NCBI GenBank assembly: GCA_964430275.1 | Contig: CAYSGF010000027.1 | Location: 8,133 to 72,132 of the forward strand | Length of the DNA stretch: 64,000 nucleotides | Origin: an uncultured Gemmatimonadaceae bacterium | Lineage (GTDB): Bacteria; Gemmatimonadota; Gemmatimonadetes; Longimicrobiales; RSA9 | Reading direction: 5' to 3' | Shown: positions 61,981-64,000 of the stretch, piece after piece | Numbering within the stretch: position 1 is the first letter of the stretch | How the letters are laid out: each line of letters starts with the position of its first letter | Position numbers and translations under genes: made by a program | Notes under the pieces: generated by a model | The model's input: only the letters and a program-made list of their open reading frames with translations | The model's database searches: none | Told to the model about the DNA's origin: nothing

Positions 61981-62003
61981 GTTGTAGTGTCGCTGTCTAC
62001 AAC
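61981..62003. promoter_or_regulatory. 7-9-7 inverted repeat GTTGTAG-N9-CTACAAC upstream of the SnoaL/NAD-binding/SigJ operon
   Basis: Read directly. It lies 17-39 nt upstream of the first start codon of the operon. Confidence 0.35.
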
Positions 62004-62043
62004 TCTAGACGGGAAGGCCTGCAGTCCTGTGACAGGAGAGCGG

Positions 62044-62415
62044 TCACAGAGGCTTGTAGATCGCGATGCCGGCAGCCAGCAGCGCGAGCAGCGGGGCCGC
62101 AACGACCACGGCGCGGGCGGCAGCAGTCGTGCGCAGGGCGAGGGTGAGTGCGAGCGAGAGCACCAGCCAGATCGTGAGCTTGACCAGGATCCAGCCCGGC
62201 AACCCGTCCTGCACGATGCCCAGCCGGGCGAGCATGCCGAAGCCACCGAGCAGGATCAGGAACGATGCGGCAGCGTGCGCGGTTACGAGCGTGCGCCGGC
62301 GTGGAAAGTCAGTGCGCGTGCCGCCGCGCAGCAGGTGCATGCAGGGCAGCGCGAGCGTCGTCAGAAGGACGAAGATGCCGAGCAGATGGACGAGCTTGTA
62401 GATGGAGTAGGGCAT
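62044..62415 (-). CDS. small 4-TM membrane protein (SirB2-like)
   Basis: Start set to ATG 62415 (MPYSIYKLVHLLGIFVLL...). Hydrophobic throughout. The family call is tentative. Confidence 0.6.
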   Translation of the reverse strand: MPYSIYKLVHLLGIFVLLTTLALPCMHLLRGGTRTDFPRRRTLVTAHAAASFLILLGGFGMLARLGIVQDGLPGWILVKLTIWLVLSLALTLALRTTAAARAVVVAAPLLALLAAGIAIYKPL

Positions 62416-62508
62416 TCGATCGCCTCGCACCCGGTCCGTGAAACCTCAACGCGCAAGCGGTGCCGAGGTCTCCGCATACCCCCAGCGCCTTCCGGCCGGC
62501 GAGCAACG

Positions 62509-64000
62509 CTATTCCGCCCTCAGTGCCTGCGTCGGCTGCACCCGCAGTACGCGCAGCGTGGGCACGACACAGGCGAGCATACACACGCCGAGCATGAGGA
62601 TCGCGTAGCCCATCAGCAGCGCGACCCCGCCGGACGTCAGCCCACCGGTCTCGGTCCCGCGGAACTGCTCTGTGTTCTGAATGGCAATCGCCGCCAGCGC
62701 AATCAAGCCGCTTCCCGCGAGCACGCCCAGCGTGACCTGGATCAGCGGGCGCTTGAAGATCGACGTGATCACTAGCCGCGCGCTGGCACCCAGCGCAACC
62801 CGCACTCCGATCTCGCGCGTACGGCGGGCGACGATGTACGACAGCACCGCGTAGATCCCGGCAAGTGAGAGCAGAAGGGCGACCGCCGTAAGACCGAGGA
62901 TGATTCGCATCCACAGGCCGAGGAACCAGAGCAGGGGTGCCACCACCTGGTCGAGGCGCGTCATCTGCTCGATCCGTAGCGCCGGGTCGACGGCCGTCGC
63001 CAGTTCGCGGACACGTGGAGCGAGCGCTGCTGGGTCGCCGCGGCCGTGCACGATCATGTGGAGGGCGCCCTGGCTTCCAGGAACGGCCGGCAGGTACACG
63101 CCCGCCGGCCGCTGCGACTGTGCGGCGCTCCCCATGCCGAGGTCCGGGACCAGCCCGATGATCTCGTACCACGGCTGCTGTACGGCGTTCGAGTCGGGCA
63201 TCTGCCCCGCGCTGAAGCGCACGCGATGTCCGACCGGATTCCGCCCGGGCATGACGAGGTCCGCGAAGCCCTGATCGACGATCACTACATGGGCGTCCGG
63301 AGAGAGGTCGCCGCTGGTGAACGCGCGACCCGAGATCATCGGTGCCTGCAGCACGGCAAAGTACGACGGATCGATCGATGCCGTTGTCACCCAGGATCCC
63401 GGGTTCCCCGGGAGGGACACCACTTCGAGGCGCCGGTGGACGTGACTGTCTCGCGGCAGCGCATCGACGAATGTCACGCCGGCAATACCCGGCTCCGCTT
63501 CCAGCCGTTGGCGCAGTGCTTCGAGCGAGGTGCTGACCCGCGCGTCCGGCGCGGCGCCGGTAACGGGGGTCAGCGCTTCCTCCGGCAGAGCGTCGATGCC
63601 AATGGTCACGCCAAGGTACTCCTCAATTGGAAAGCCGGGTTCGTACGAGGCGACGCGTTTGCTCTCACCGCGCACGATCATCGCGACCGACGGCAACATG
63701 ACGGTGAGTGCAACCTGCGTGATGATGACCGCCGTCCATACGCCCCCGAAGCTCACGCCACCGCTGCCGGCGGTTCCCGCCCGAAGCCGCGTCCCGAGCT
63801 CACCTGTGATCTTCCGCGCCGGCATCACGCCAGCCACGACTGCGCCGATCACGGCGAGCGCGAGCCCGTACGCGATGGTGGTCGGCGACAGATTGAAGTC
63901 GTACCAGAAGGGCAGCAGCCCGTAGTTCATCTCGAGATACGGCTCGCCCCAGCGCGTCAGTGCCAGCTGGGCCGCCCCCAGCCCCACCACCGCCGCAACG
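62509..64000 (-). CDS. ADOP-type duplicated FtsX/MacB-like ABC transporter permease (5' end beyond the window)
   Basis: C-terminal FtsX domain ending RVQPTQALRAE. An upstream periplasmic domain and the tail of a first FtsX repeat (GVMPARKITG). The ORF stays open to the window edge. Confidence 0.85.
   Translation of the reverse strand, partial: VAAVVGLGAAQLALTRWGEPYLEMNYGLLPFWYDFNLSPTTIAYGLALAVIGAVVAGVMPARKITGELGTRLRAGTAGSGGVSFGGVWTAVIITQVALTVMLPSVAMIVRGESKRVASYEPGFPIEEYLGVTIGIDALPEEALTPVTGAAPDARVSTSLEALRQRLEAEPGIAGVTFVDALPRDSHVHRRLEVVSLPGNPGSWVTTASIDPSYFAVLQAPMISGRAFTSGDLSPDAHVVIVDQGFADLVMPGRNPVGHRVRFSAGQMPDSNAVQQPWYEIIGLVPDLGMGSAAQSQRPAGVYLPAVPGSQGALHMIVHGRGDPAALAPRVRELATAVDPALRIEQMTRLDQVVAPLLWFLGLWMRIILGLTAVALLLSLAGIYAVLSYIVARRTREIGVRVALGASARLVITSIFKRPLIQVTLGVLAGSGLIALAAIAIQNTEQFRGTETGGLTSGGVALLMGYAILMLGVCMLACVVPTLRVLRVQPTQALRAE

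Overview
High-GC bacterial chromosomal window. The gene content (SusC/SusD pair, ADOP-type duplicated FtsX permease, NupG/DUF1080/GMC/Gfo sugar-oxidation genes) looks Gemmatimonadota- or Acidobacteriota-like, but that is inference only. About 55 protein-coding genes can be supported. Many of the longest track ORFs are Arg/Ala/Pro-rich antisense artefacts and were rejected. I found no rRNA, tRNA or CRISPR array. The most interesting locus is a six-gene minus-strand operon (4310-11304). It encodes three multihaem c-type cytochromes (9, 20 and 16 haem motifs), a predicted outer-membrane beta-barrel placed between two of them, a TPR lipoprotein and a monohaem lipoprotein. Four of the five gene junctions are 4-nt start/stop overlaps. 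The layout is that of a porin-cytochrome electron conduit, but it does not match the Mtr, Pio/Mto or Geobacter Pcc/Ext architectures. Other notable content: (1) an nrfHA nitrite-ammonification pair whose active-site haem motif is CxxCH rather than CxxCK; (2) a sugar-oxidation cluster led by a NupG-family transporter fused to a DUF1080 domain; (3) a REP-associated tyrosine transposase (RAYT) flanked by inverted REPs, plus a separate REP doublet 12 kb away; (4) two copies of a roughly 270-283 bp MITE-like element with long terminal inverted repeats; (5) an arsR-arsM pair with the same palindrome ahead of both genes; (6) copCD-tauE, DUF305-LVIVD and SigJ-type ECF sigma operons. All family assignments come from reading motifs by eye, with no database search.
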